51,861 bases of DNA from a virus (taxonomy: Duplodnaviria; Caudoviricetes), in IMG/VR virus record IMGVR_UViG_3300023293_000016, positions 1 to 51,861 of that record, one strand, 5' to 3'. The notes under the pieces were generated by a model. That model did no database searches. It was not told the DNA's origin and saw nothing but the letters and a program-made list of their open reading frames with translations. A program made the position numbers and the translations under genes. Each line of letters starts with the position of its first letter. The stretch's first letter is position 1. Positions 7,956-16,313 of the stretch are shown here, one piece after another.

Positions 7956-9469
7956 AGGTCATAACTCCTTGTCGCGTCTTCTGGTTCAACAATATACAGG
8001 TTCTGTCGGGTTCGCGTGACCCCAACGTAGAACACTCGGTGCATATCATCTGGGTTAATCCGCATTGCATTGTCCGCAGCCGCACTTAGGTCCGTGAACA
8101 GTACAACGTTATCCGCTTCACCACCCTTTGATCCGTGGATCGTGGACGCTGTGATGCGGGGAATGCCATTAAACTTCTCGCCGCGCCGCAGCATTGCAGT
8201 GATATAAGCCCTGTCAATTTCGGGCAGCTTATCCATGGCCTCTGACCATATCATTGTGCCGTCGATTAGCAGCCCATGGTTAACCATCAAGTCTTGTATG
8301 TTAACCATTTCTTTGTCGTTGAGCCCGGGTATCTTTTTGTACCCGCGTGTAATGCGTGTTCCGGTAGACATGTAGCTGAAAATCTTGCGAGCCACGTCTC
8401 CAGATATCTCTTTTCCCTTGCGCATCTGCTCCCAGCCGTTGACCGCCTCAGATATCTTTTCGCTGATGGACCGGTGGCCGCGGTAGGTAAATAGGTGACC
8501 GTTTGATTTCAGGTCACTTGCTACGGGCTGTAGTTGATATCCTGCTTGGGACAGAATTAGCCAAGAGCCCTCGGCCATGTCCAAAGAGCTTATATGGCTT
8601 ATGCGCTGCACCTTACCGCGCTCGGGTTTTGGTTCATAGCGTTTGGGAAACCTCCGCGTGATGCGGCGCACGACATTCTCTGCTAAGTTATGAACGCTCT
8701 GGGGCACACGGTATGACTGAGATAGCGTCTCTGATCCACCGGGCAGGTTTATGAAGTGATCCACATCTGCTCCCGCCCATCGGTAAATGGCTTGATCGTC
8801 ATCCCCTGCGCAATACATCCGCTTGGAGCTATCGTCTAAGATATGAGCAATATCCCATTGCAGCGGGCTTAAATCCTGCGCTTCGTCTAGGAAGCACAAG
8901 TCAAATTCAGGTCGGAACGTATTTTTTCCAGAAACAAACTGATCTAACATGTCCGTAAAATCGTATAACCCTAAACCCTTTTTGTATTCGCGCAGGCATT
9001 TGTCCACGTAATTCACAGTATTCCAGTCGTCGTCCAGATTGCTCTGGTTATATTGTTCCCGAAGGTCTACTTTGCGCAACCTTGCCAAGTTAATCAGACC
9101 CAGCACCGGATCGTTGCTCGACACTACCGACGGCATGTCGTCGTCAAAGCTGGTGTTTTTTGCTCCACCTAGCGATATTCCAATCTTCTGGCCAAGCTCT
9201 CTAAAGTTAGCTTCCTGCATAACTTGCTCTGGACGGATGTCGGTCATGGTTAGGGCAAGCGAGTGCAACGTCCGGAAGTAAATCAGGTCTTTCTTGGCGT
9301 CCAGCCCGAAGCGTTCCGCAGCGCGTTCCTTGGCCTCGTTAGCCGCTTTACGTGTAAAGGCTAGGAAAGCAATACGGTGGGGGTGTGTGCCCGCAGCCAG
9401 AGCCTCGTCCACCATGTTCAACAGCGTGGTCGTTTTGCCTGTGCCGGGAGGTCCAAATATCCTAAACAT
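7952..9469 (-). CDS. UvrD/Rep-like SF1 helicase
   Basis: GPPGTGKTT, FTRKAA, DEAQD, GDDDQAIY, STIHGSKGGEAD and YVGVTR motifs; start moved to 9469. Confidence 0.95.
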   Translation of the reverse strand: MFRIFGPPGTGKTTTLLNMVDEALAAGTHPHRIAFLAFTRKAANEAKERAAERFGLDAKKDLIYFRTLHSLALTMTDIRPEQVMQEANFRELGQKIGISLGGAKNTSFDDDMPSVVSSNDPVLGLINLARLRKVDLREQYNQSNLDDDWNTVNYVDKCLREYKKGLGLYDFTDMLDQFVSGKNTFRPEFDLCFLDEAQDLSPLQWDIAHILDDSSKRMYCAGDDDQAIYRWAGADVDHFINLPGGSETLSQSYRVPQSVHNLAENVVRRITRRFPKRYEPKPERGKVQRISHISSLDMAEGSWLILSQAGYQLQPVASDLKSNGHLFTYRGHRSISEKISEAVNGWEQMRKGKEISGDVARKIFSYMSTGTRITRGYKKIPGLNDKEMVNIQDLMVNHGLLIDGTMIWSEAMDKLPEIDRAYITAMLRRGEKFNGIPRITASTIHGSKGGEADNVVLFTDLSAAADNAMRINPDDMHRVFYVGVTRTRQNLYIVEPEDATRSYDL

Positions 9470-9614
9470 CTTTAGACGTTTCACGTTTGTATATTTGTTG
9501 GACGCGCTGTTTTGAGATGCCGAACCACTTGGCAACCGCCGTCATGGTGACGCGCTGTTCATCGATGAGGCGCACAATCTCTGCATTACGCATAGCTTTT
9601 AAAACGTTCGTCAT
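9462..9614 (-). CDS. Small HTH protein, sigma70 region 4-like (50 aa)
   Basis: Read by hand: RNAEIVRL...TMTAVAKWFGISKQRVQQI. Confidence 0.7.
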   Translation of the reverse strand: MTNVLKAMRNAEIVRLIDEQRVTMTAVAKWFGISKQRVQQIYKRETSKDV

Positions 9615-11152
9615 TAGAACGGAGCCTCTTCTTGTGACCCAAACTGTGGCGGATCAATGTTGATATCCACATTGTCGAAAGATGGTATCTGCCAAACACG
9701 GACGGCACGGCCCTTAATCTTCATCACAAGGCTACTGCCGTTGATGTCCCGTAGGCGCTGGGCGATGCGGTGCGATTTATATTCGAAGAACTTATTCTTC
9801 TTCAGGAAGTTTTCGAAGTCTTTGAGCCGGAAGTACGTGATGTTCATCTCGTCATCGGTCCAAGGCTTGCGCAACAGGATTTCTTCTTTGTCCTGTGCCA
9901 CCTGTAGGTGGGCGCAAAACTCCTCCAAATAATCGTAGAACTGTCCGCTTATACTTGCGTCCTGTGCCACTTCGATGATGGCGCTTTCGTTATCCTTCAT
10001 TTCGCTCAACAAGGTGCTGATGCGGCCTTCCCATTGGGGCTTGGCAACTGAGCGCGGCATGAAGTTAAGCTGCTCCATACATGCTTTTTGGAACGTCATC
10101 TGGTTCATCAGGGCGTCAGTGTCCATTTCTAGCGGCTCGCCGTTAACGTCCATAAACCACACTGGTGGAGTAGAGTTATACTTTCGGAGGTTCGCGATTG
10201 TAGCCCCTGCTACCGCGGCTCCTATGCCGAACTTACGTGTCCGACATAGGTCTTTGTTGCAGTGCGAATTGATCGGGGAGTCAGAACATTTGTACGCGTA
10301 ATCTTTTCGCTCTACTTGTTTGGCAACAACGTTTACCTCTGAGAGTGGCAGTGGCGGAGATATGTACTCCATGTTGAAGCGCAGTATTTCGGACTCCCAG
10401 CTATCTGGGTACGCTTTCCGTAAGTAAACGCCGATGTTAAATAAACCATTGTTACGTCCTCCTTCGCTGATGCCTGATTTGCACAGGATTTGTAGACAGG
10501 GCGGACCGTCCTTGAGTAGGTTGGTTTCGCCGCCACCCACTACTTGTAGCTTAACAATTTGTTCAGGCGTTTGAACATGTTTTTCGTATAATTCAATAAA
10601 TTCTTCTAACGTCGCAGACGTGCCGTCATCTAAGAAGCCGTAGCGCAGACCGTCTTCATGGTCGTAGTACGGCAGATTAAGGAAGTTACCTACATCACCA
10701 CGGTCAAGGTGTAGCCTTATCTGCTTTGGGAATATTTCGCTTTCGCCATATCCGAGGGCCGCGGCTATCGATTGCAGGGCCTTCTGCATATCTTTGGCGT
10801 CTGTCCAATCGCTTGCGAACAAGAAGCAGTGCGCTCCGCCTGATTTAGAGCGGCACACTACCATTGGTATTTTTAGTTTACGGATTTTATTGACAAGAAC
10901 TTTGTGGTCTAGCGGGTACTGATCGATATCAATACACCCCCACTTACAGCAATTGTCTTCGTTAATCGGTATGATGCCTAGTCCTGCACCTTTGCCAGAG
11001 AGGTGGTTGTCCCACAACTTCTGGTCCCGCGGTTCCCGTAGGATGCCCGCTTTGCCTTTGGCTTTGCCACCGGCACCTGTGTTCTCAATTTTAAAGTAGC
11101 CGTAGGCCTCTTTTAAACCATCAAAGATGGCCATAAATTTATCTGCTGACAT
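9614..11152 (-). CDS. AEP-type primase with PriCT-like domain
   Basis: WGCIDID, RSKSGGAH, GNFLNLPY, PPCL...EGGRNNGLF motifs. Confidence 0.85.
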   Translation of the reverse strand: MSADKFMAIFDGLKEAYGYFKIENTGAGGKAKGKAGILREPRDQKLWDNHLSGKGAGLGIIPINEDNCCKWGCIDIDQYPLDHKVLVNKIRKLKIPMVVCRSKSGGAHCFLFASDWTDAKDMQKALQSIAAALGYGESEIFPKQIRLHLDRGDVGNFLNLPYYDHEDGLRYGFLDDGTSATLEEFIELYEKHVQTPEQIVKLQVVGGGETNLLKDGPPCLQILCKSGISEGGRNNGLFNIGVYLRKAYPDSWESEILRFNMEYISPPLPLSEVNVVAKQVERKDYAYKCSDSPINSHCNKDLCRTRKFGIGAAVAGATIANLRKYNSTPPVWFMDVNGEPLEMDTDALMNQMTFQKACMEQLNFMPRSVAKPQWEGRISTLLSEMKDNESAIIEVAQDASISGQFYDYLEEFCAHLQVAQDKEEILLRKPWTDDEMNITYFRLKDFENFLKKNKFFEYKSHRIAQRLRDINGSSLVMKIKGRAVRVWQIPSFDNVDINIDPPQFGSQEEAPF

Positions 11153-11171
11153 TATTGCCCCCGCCCGAAAG

Positions 11172-11200
11172 AAAAACGGCGGGGCACAATTACCCCGCCG
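11172..11200 (-). terminator. Rho-independent terminator
   Basis: CGGCGGGG...CCCCGCCG stem followed by a T-run on the minus strand. Confidence 0.7.
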
Positions 11201-11210
11201 CGAACACTAC

Positions 11211-11993
11211 TTAAAACGGTATATCGTTCGAAGTTTGTGTTGCTTCATCGTCCGAGTGTTTCACAACAACCTCACCAGCGTTAATGCTTGCTGCAAATTC
11301 TTTAGCGCGTGTATACATGTGTGCTTCGGACACGGGGCCCGCTACAGACATTTCCCACCCGTGCCATGACCCCTTGGAGTTTTCTTCTCCAATTGTTTTC
11401 AAGTCATAGACGTAGGCAAACCGCGGTGGTGTGAAGGGTCCTTTCGATCCCATCATTGAACGTGACGCCATGATGCTGTTCCACTTACGCGACTTTTTAA
11501 GCTGCGTAGATTTCATAGCAATTAGGGCTGTTTCCATTGAGCCGTCTTCCGAGAGCAAGACAACAAAGTGCTGGTGCGTTTCTTCGATGTATTCACCAGA
11601 GCCGTCCATTACATAGTCTTTGTTATCCTCCTTGGAGCGTTGCACCTCTGGGCGCTTGTCCGCGGGGGTGTAGATCGCGGTTGGCGCACCGCTCCCAACG
11701 CCCCGTGGAGCCCACTGGATGAACCTGCGCTGATACGCGCACGGGATGACCTGAATACCTGTCTTGCCCTTGTAGAGGGCTCCTGTGACGGTATTATAGA
11801 TGTCCCCCTTGCGGGCATCCTCATTAACGTCCAGTACCGGATCATTTCCAGACAGAACTTTTAGAAATGGCAGGGCAAGGTCTTCTTGACCCAAATCCTG
11901 TAATCCATTACCGGCGTCTTCTTCGAACATCGCAGGGTTAAACTCCACGATTTCCGCTGTTTCTTTTTTTGCAACTTCTTTTGACTGTGCCAT
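11211..11993 (-). CDS. Putative single-stranded DNA-binding protein
   Basis: Replication-module position, acidic tail ending in NDIPF, DLALPFLK motif; GAGG Shine-Dalgarno before 11993. Confidence 0.6.
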   Translation of the reverse strand: MAQSKEVAKKETAEIVEFNPAMFEEDAGNGLQDLGQEDLALPFLKVLSGNDPVLDVNEDARKGDIYNTVTGALYKGKTGIQVIPCAYQRRFIQWAPRGVGSGAPTAIYTPADKRPEVQRSKEDNKDYVMDGSGEYIEETHQHFVVLLSEDGSMETALIAMKSTQLKKSRKWNSIMASRSMMGSKGPFTPPRFAYVYDLKTIGEENSKGSWHGWEMSVAGPVSEAHMYTRAKEFAASINAGEVVVKHSDDEATQTSNDIPF

Positions 11994-11994
11994 A

Positions 11995-12576
11995 TTATTT
12001 ACCTCTCTTAATGACTGCGCGTTGACCAACATAAGCTCCGAATAATTCCATCGGAAACTCTTCTCCTGCCTCGCACCTTTCTTTCACAAACGCCCGTAGG
12101 GTCTGCGGGTGAATTTCGGTTTTCTGCGTAGGCACAAAACCTTCTTGTTCAGCAAAAGCTGAAAAAGCGTTGGCTTTATCGTCCTCGCCACGGCCGAACT
12201 GGCATAAGACAGTATTTTTAATAATGTCATCGTACCCGTTATCCCGTAGCCAGTCGTAGGCTTGCGGACGATTGTTTACCAGTATGGAGGCTCCATACGT
12301 TTGTTTGACCTGAACGGTAGAACCGTCATCCAAGGCAAACGAAGATATGCCTATTTCTGCAAGCATCGCAGGCATGTCTTCATCCGTGAACTTCAAAAGC
12401 TCTTTCTTCAAACTCTTGGCTAATTGCTCAAGGTTTTCAATCTGTGCTTCATGGTCACGGATTCTTCTGGCCAACTCCGCCACCGTTTGGAGGCCTTGTT
12501 GATCTATCTTTTCGACAGAAGAGGCGATAGTGTCCTCAAAATCTTCTTCCATCATTTTTAGTACGTCGTCACTCAT
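11995..12576 (-). CDS. Conserved replication-module protein of unknown function
   Basis: Coiled coil, then WLRDNGYDDIIK and IHPQTLRAFVKE motifs. Confidence 0.75.
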   Translation of the reverse strand: MSDDVLKMMEEDFEDTIASSVEKIDQQGLQTVAELARRIRDHEAQIENLEQLAKSLKKELLKFTDEDMPAMLAEIGISSFALDDGSTVQVKQTYGASILVNNRPQAYDWLRDNGYDDIIKNTVLCQFGRGEDDKANAFSAFAEQEGFVPTQKTEIHPQTLRAFVKERCEAGEEFPMELFGAYVGQRAVIKRGK

Positions 12577-12614
12577 TCCGAGTCTCCTTCGTGGTTAAAG
12601 GCACCTATCGGGCC

Positions 12615-12655
12615 TTGACAATTACAGATAATATCTTATACTCTGCACTTGTCAA
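12615..12655. promoter_or_regulatory. Overlapping divergent sigma70 promoters
   Basis: Plus: TTGACA(12615)-N16-TATACT; minus: TTGACA(12655)-N16-TATTAT; lies between divergent genes. Confidence 0.75.
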
Positions 12656-12676
12656 GCAGTTTTTAAGGAAAATAAA

Positions 12677-14125
12677 ATGCGTGGATTTGATTACAAGACC
12701 AATCCGTATGACCACCAGAGAAAAGCGTTAGAAGCTTCGTGGGCCGAGGAGTATTATGCACTGTTTATGGAGATGGGAACAGGTAAAACCAAAGTTGCTA
12801 TTGATACCATGGCGGTTCTTTACGAGGCTGGCAAGATCAATGCGGCTTTAGTCGTTGCGCCCAAAGGGGTTTATGACAACTGGGTCCAGAACGAAATCCC
12901 CGCGCATTTACCGGACCGGATCGAACGAACCTTGCTGCGTTGGACCCCCGCTAAGACAAAACGTATGGAAATAAACTTGAAAGACTTTATTGTCGGGGAC
13001 CTTAACGGCATTAAAATATTTGTCATAAACATAGAGGCGTTCTCTACGTCTCGGGGTACAGATGCGGCAACGGCCTTCCTGTACCAAAATCCCAACAATA
13101 TTGTGATAGTGGACGAAAGCACCACCATCAAAAACCGCAAAGCCGCGCGGACAAAAAACATTGTTAAGTTGCAAGAGTATTCAAAGTACCGCCGCATCCT
13201 GACAGGCTCCCCTATTACTAAGAGCCCCATGGATTTGTTCAGCCAATGCGATTTTCTTAAGAACAAGGCGCTGGGGTTTAACAGCTACTTTGCTTTTCAA
13301 GCGAGATACGCAAATATCCAGCAACGGACCATGGGGCACCGCAGTTTTCAACAGATCGTAGGATACCGCCGGTTAGACGAACTTTCGGAAAAGTTAGACA
13401 CTTTTAGCGACAGGGTTTTGAAACAGGATTGCTTAGACCTACCCGAAAAGGTTTATGTCCGTCGGAACATAGAGTTTACTCCCGAACAAAAGAAACTTTA
13501 TACGCAGATGAAGAAGCTGGCGTTAGCAAAGCTTGAAAGCGGGGAGCTTGCCACAACGGCCAGTGTCCTGACGCAGATCATGCGCCTGCAACAGATATGC
13601 TGCGGGTTTCTAAAACCCGACGATGGCGAAATAGAAACCATTCCAAGCAACCGTTTAAAAGAATTGTTGGAACTTTCTGACGAGGTTCAGGGCAAAGCTA
13701 TAATCTGGGCCACTTACACGCACGACATCTTGCGTATTGAGGAAGAGTTAAAGCTCCGGTTTGGACCGGACTCGGTAGCCACTTACTACGGCGGTACGCC
13801 ACAAGATCAACGCCAAGAGATCGTCACACGGTTTCAGGACAAGGCTGACCCCCTGCGGTTCTTTGTTGGTCAACCGCGAACCGGTGGTTACGGCATTACC
13901 TTGACGGCTGCCAACACCGTGATTTACTTTTCTAATAGTTACGATCTGGAGATTAGGTTGCAATCCGAGGACCGCGCACACCGGATCGGGCAGACAAACA
14001 AGGTAACTTATATTGATATGGTTTCGCCCGACACCATCGACGAAAAGATATTGCAGGCGTTGCGCAGTAAAATTGATATTGCGGGGCAGGTTTTAGGTGA
14101 AGACGCAAAGGACTGGTTGAAATAA
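12677..14125 (+). CDS. SNF2-family SF2 helicase
   Basis: MGTGKT, DEST, LTGSP, GGYGITLT and QSEDRAHRIGQ motifs. Confidence 0.95.
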   Translation: MRGFDYKTNPYDHQRKALEASWAEEYYALFMEMGTGKTKVAIDTMAVLYEAGKINAALVVAPKGVYDNWVQNEIPAHLPDRIERTLLRWTPAKTKRMEINLKDFIVGDLNGIKIFVINIEAFSTSRGTDAATAFLYQNPNNIVIVDESTTIKNRKAARTKNIVKLQEYSKYRRILTGSPITKSPMDLFSQCDFLKNKALGFNSYFAFQARYANIQQRTMGHRSFQQIVGYRRLDELSEKLDTFSDRVLKQDCLDLPEKVYVRRNIEFTPEQKKLYTQMKKLALAKLESGELATTASVLTQIMRLQQICCGFLKPDDGEIETIPSNRLKELLELSDEVQGKAIIWATYTHDILRIEEELKLRFGPDSVATYYGGTPQDQRQEIVTRFQDKADPLRFFVGQPRTGGYGITLTAANTVIYFSNSYDLEIRLQSEDRAHRIGQTNKVTYIDMVSPDTIDEKILQALRSKIDIAGQVLGEDAKDWLK

Positions 14126-14271
14126 TGACTAAACAAGAACAAATATTAACAACCCTCGAAAACAGGCTGTCAGGCCTTCTTGCGGAGACTGAAAACCGCA
14201 ACCGGCTAGGCCTCAAGCAAAAGCTTGAGGAAATCCGTAGTCTGCTAGAAATGCTGAAGGCTAGTTTATAG
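14125..14271 (+). CDS. Small coiled-coil protein (48 aa)
   Basis: Read by hand (MTKQEQILTTLENRL...); TAATG coupling to the helicase. Confidence 0.55.
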   Translation: MTKQEQILTTLENRLSGLLAETENRNRLGLKQKLEEIRSLLEMLKASL

Positions 14272-15915
14272 CCTGAAGTTACCCTGTGGGTCGGGTCCGC
14301 GGAGCGGGGGTGGTCCAGAAACTTCCCCGCCGCTTGCAAACGCGCTAGGCATCGGTTGCTCGTAGTCATACGCGGCGTATTGTTTAAACATTTGACCAAT
14401 CCCTGTTTCTTGCGGCGGTTCTGGTCTAGCTTGGGGACGAATAAGAGGGGCAGCGGTTGCTTGCGCAACTTCGGGCTCTTGGTTCATCATCAAATATTCA
14501 CTGACCTGTTGCGGCGTAGGGGTATAACCCGGTTGCCCAATTCCTTCTGGACGCGCTCGTGGTTTTGGGGCCGGGTCTTCACCTTCGGCCATTTGAAAGA
14601 ATCCGTCCATAGCAGGCATTATTTCGCCTTCGGCGGCACCGTGGATTATAGAAACGTACTTTCGGGTTTCGTCAAAGGGCGGAACTCCGCCATACTTCCT
14701 TACATTTCCCGGGCCTGCATTATATGCGGCAAGGGCCAAGGGCACCGTACCAAAGTCCTGTAGCTGTTGCTTGAGGTATTTAATACCGCCAATCACGTTT
14801 TGTTTTGGATCGTTAGGGTCCACACCTAGTTCTTTGGCGGTTCCGGGCATAAGCTGCATAAGGCCAATGGCCCCTTTTTGGCTTACGGGGCCCTGACGGC
14901 CTCTGTTTTCTTGATATATGACGCGCAAAACTAGCTCGGGATCAACGTTTTGTTCGAGGGCTAATTCCATGGGATCAAACCCGTAGTCTTCCATTATTTT
15001 CGTTCTTACCGCGGTAAGTTGTTCCGGGGTAGCCGGGCCTTGTACCGCGCCGCCCTCCGCAAAGAGTTGGGCAGAAATCTCGGGCCCGCCGCCCATCAAA
15101 TTCGTTAGATTATTGCCGCCGCCACCGTCTTCGCCCATGGCTTGGGTAGTAGCTAAGAAACCCCCGCCGAAATCGTTAAAACCTCCGCCACCGTCTTCAC
15201 CCATGGCCATAGTGCTTGCCGAAAGGCCAAAAAAGCCGCCACTGCCGTCTTCGCCTATTGCACGGGTCATACCGCCCATAGCGCCCATAGGTGACCTTTC
15301 GGGGCTCTCAAACTGTTTCAGGCTGTCGAGGTGCATTTGTCCGCCGCCAAAACCAAAGCTTTCTTCCGCCCCAAAATGAGCGCGTTCAGCCTCGTCCACC
15401 ATGCCAACAAAGTGGCCCACATCGCCATCGATGCTGTTTTGGACGTTCTCCATAGCTTTCTGACCGTAAGTGCCCATCAAGTATTCTTGGTAGTTTTTGA
15501 GAGGAGAGCCGCGCAAGTCGGCCATTTGGCTGCCGAACTGGTTTGGCATCGGGCCGCCGGACTGTCGTTGGCTGAAAGCCTGCTCTTGAAAAAGACCGCC
15601 AATACCGCTCATATCGGGTTGTTTAGCCACAGACATGGCTGGTTGCAAACTGGCGGCATACGGGGAAGCTATTGCACCACCCTGCGCGTAATTTTGTACC
15701 ATACCACCATCTCCAAATCCCATGGCCGTGGAGCTTAGTCCTGCATTCCCGGCTAAATTAATATCTCCAGCTTGGAACCCGGCAGAGCCTGCCCCGTCCC
15801 GAACCAACTGCTCTCCAGCACCACTTCCAAAAGGCGCCCGACGTGTTTCCAATAACAGCTTGTGCTGTAGCACTGGCCGCCCCACGACGTTGTGCGCGGG
15901 CTTGGGACTCTTCAA
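14266..15915 (-). CDS. Virion/ejection protein with lytic transglycosylase (SLT) domain; C-terminal part of a frameshifted gene
   Basis: VIYQE...SQKGAIGLMQLMPGTA...ALAAYNAGPG...ETRKYV; three T-x-A-x-GEDG repeats; the first ~28 codons are probably not real. Confidence 0.85.
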   Translation of the reverse strand: MKSPKPAHNVVGRPVLQHKLLLETRRAPFGSGAGEQLVRDGAGSAGFQAGDINLAGNAGLSSTAMGFGDGGMVQNYAQGGAIASPYAASLQPAMSVAKQPDMSGIGGLFQEQAFSQRQSGGPMPNQFGSQMADLRGSPLKNYQEYLMGTYGQKAMENVQNSIDGDVGHFVGMVDEAERAHFGAEESFGFGGGQMHLDSLKQFESPERSPMGAMGGMTRAIGEDGSGGFFGLSASTMAMGEDGGGGFNDFGGGFLATTQAMGEDGGGGNNLTNLMGGGPEISAQLFAEGGAVQGPATPEQLTAVRTKIMEDYGFDPMELALEQNVDPELVLRVIYQENRGRQGPVSQKGAIGLMQLMPGTAKELGVDPNDPKQNVIGGIKYLKQQLQDFGTVPLALAAYNAGPGNVRKYGGVPPFDETRKYVSIIHGAAEGEIMPAMDGFFQMAEGEDPAPKPRARPEGIGQPGYTPTPQQVSEYLMMNQEPEVAQATAAPLIRPQARPEPPQETGIGQMFKQYAAYDYEQPMPSAFASGGEVSGPPPLRGPDPQGNFRL

Positions 15916-16312
15916 TAAAAACGTCTACGTCATCGCCTGAAAAACCGGGGTCGTCAGGTGCGACAGGAGCCGACCCGCCTTCAAAAACAGGTGCGGTACT
16001 CGTAAAGTTTCCCGGAGACTTTACCGTACCAGACCAACTCTCATACGGTGTTGTTCTGTCCGTAGCATTCCATTTTTCGATGGCCGCGTTATAAGTTTCG
16101 CGGTCCTGTTGCCATTGAGCAAGGTTCGCGTTCCACGGTTCGATCTGGTTGGTGTTAAAGTCATCCACCAGCTTTTGGTAATCGCCAGCTTGTGTTTTAT
16201 ACTGCCCCAAAGCGGTGTTGTAGATACCGATCCGGTTATCATAATCCTCCATGATCTTTTTGTCAGTGTCGTAGTAACGATAATCAGGAGACGCATAATT
16301 TACAATTGACAT
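15758..16312 (-). CDS. N-terminal part of the SLT virion protein, joined to 14266-15915 by a +1 shift near 15829-15832
   Basis: Starts right after the upstream gene; composition changes abruptly after GNTSGAF, while the +1 frame continues GSGAGEQ. Confidence 0.7.
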   Translation of the reverse strand: MSIVNYASPDYRYYDTDKKIMEDYDNRIGIYNTALGQYKTQAGDYQKLVDDFNTNQIEPWNANLAQWQQDRETYNAAIEKWNATDRTTPYESWSGTVKSPGNFTSTAPVFEGGSAPVAPDDPGFSGDDVDVFIEESQARAQRRGAASATAQAVIGNTSGAFWKWCWRAVGSGRGRLCRVPSWRY

Positions 16313-16313
16313 G

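Noticed and set aside
7952-9535. ORF-track start of the helicase at 9535 (and similar long starts at 4096, 12032, 30146, 32080, 40668, 41951)
   Set aside because: These extensions overlap other genes or regulatory DNA; downstream ATGs have better RBS or coupling.
15715-15745. Fourth graspetide core (SSTAMGFGD)
   Set aside because: Lacks the GE[D/E] acceptor pair at the right spacing; better explained as an FxxGG motif.
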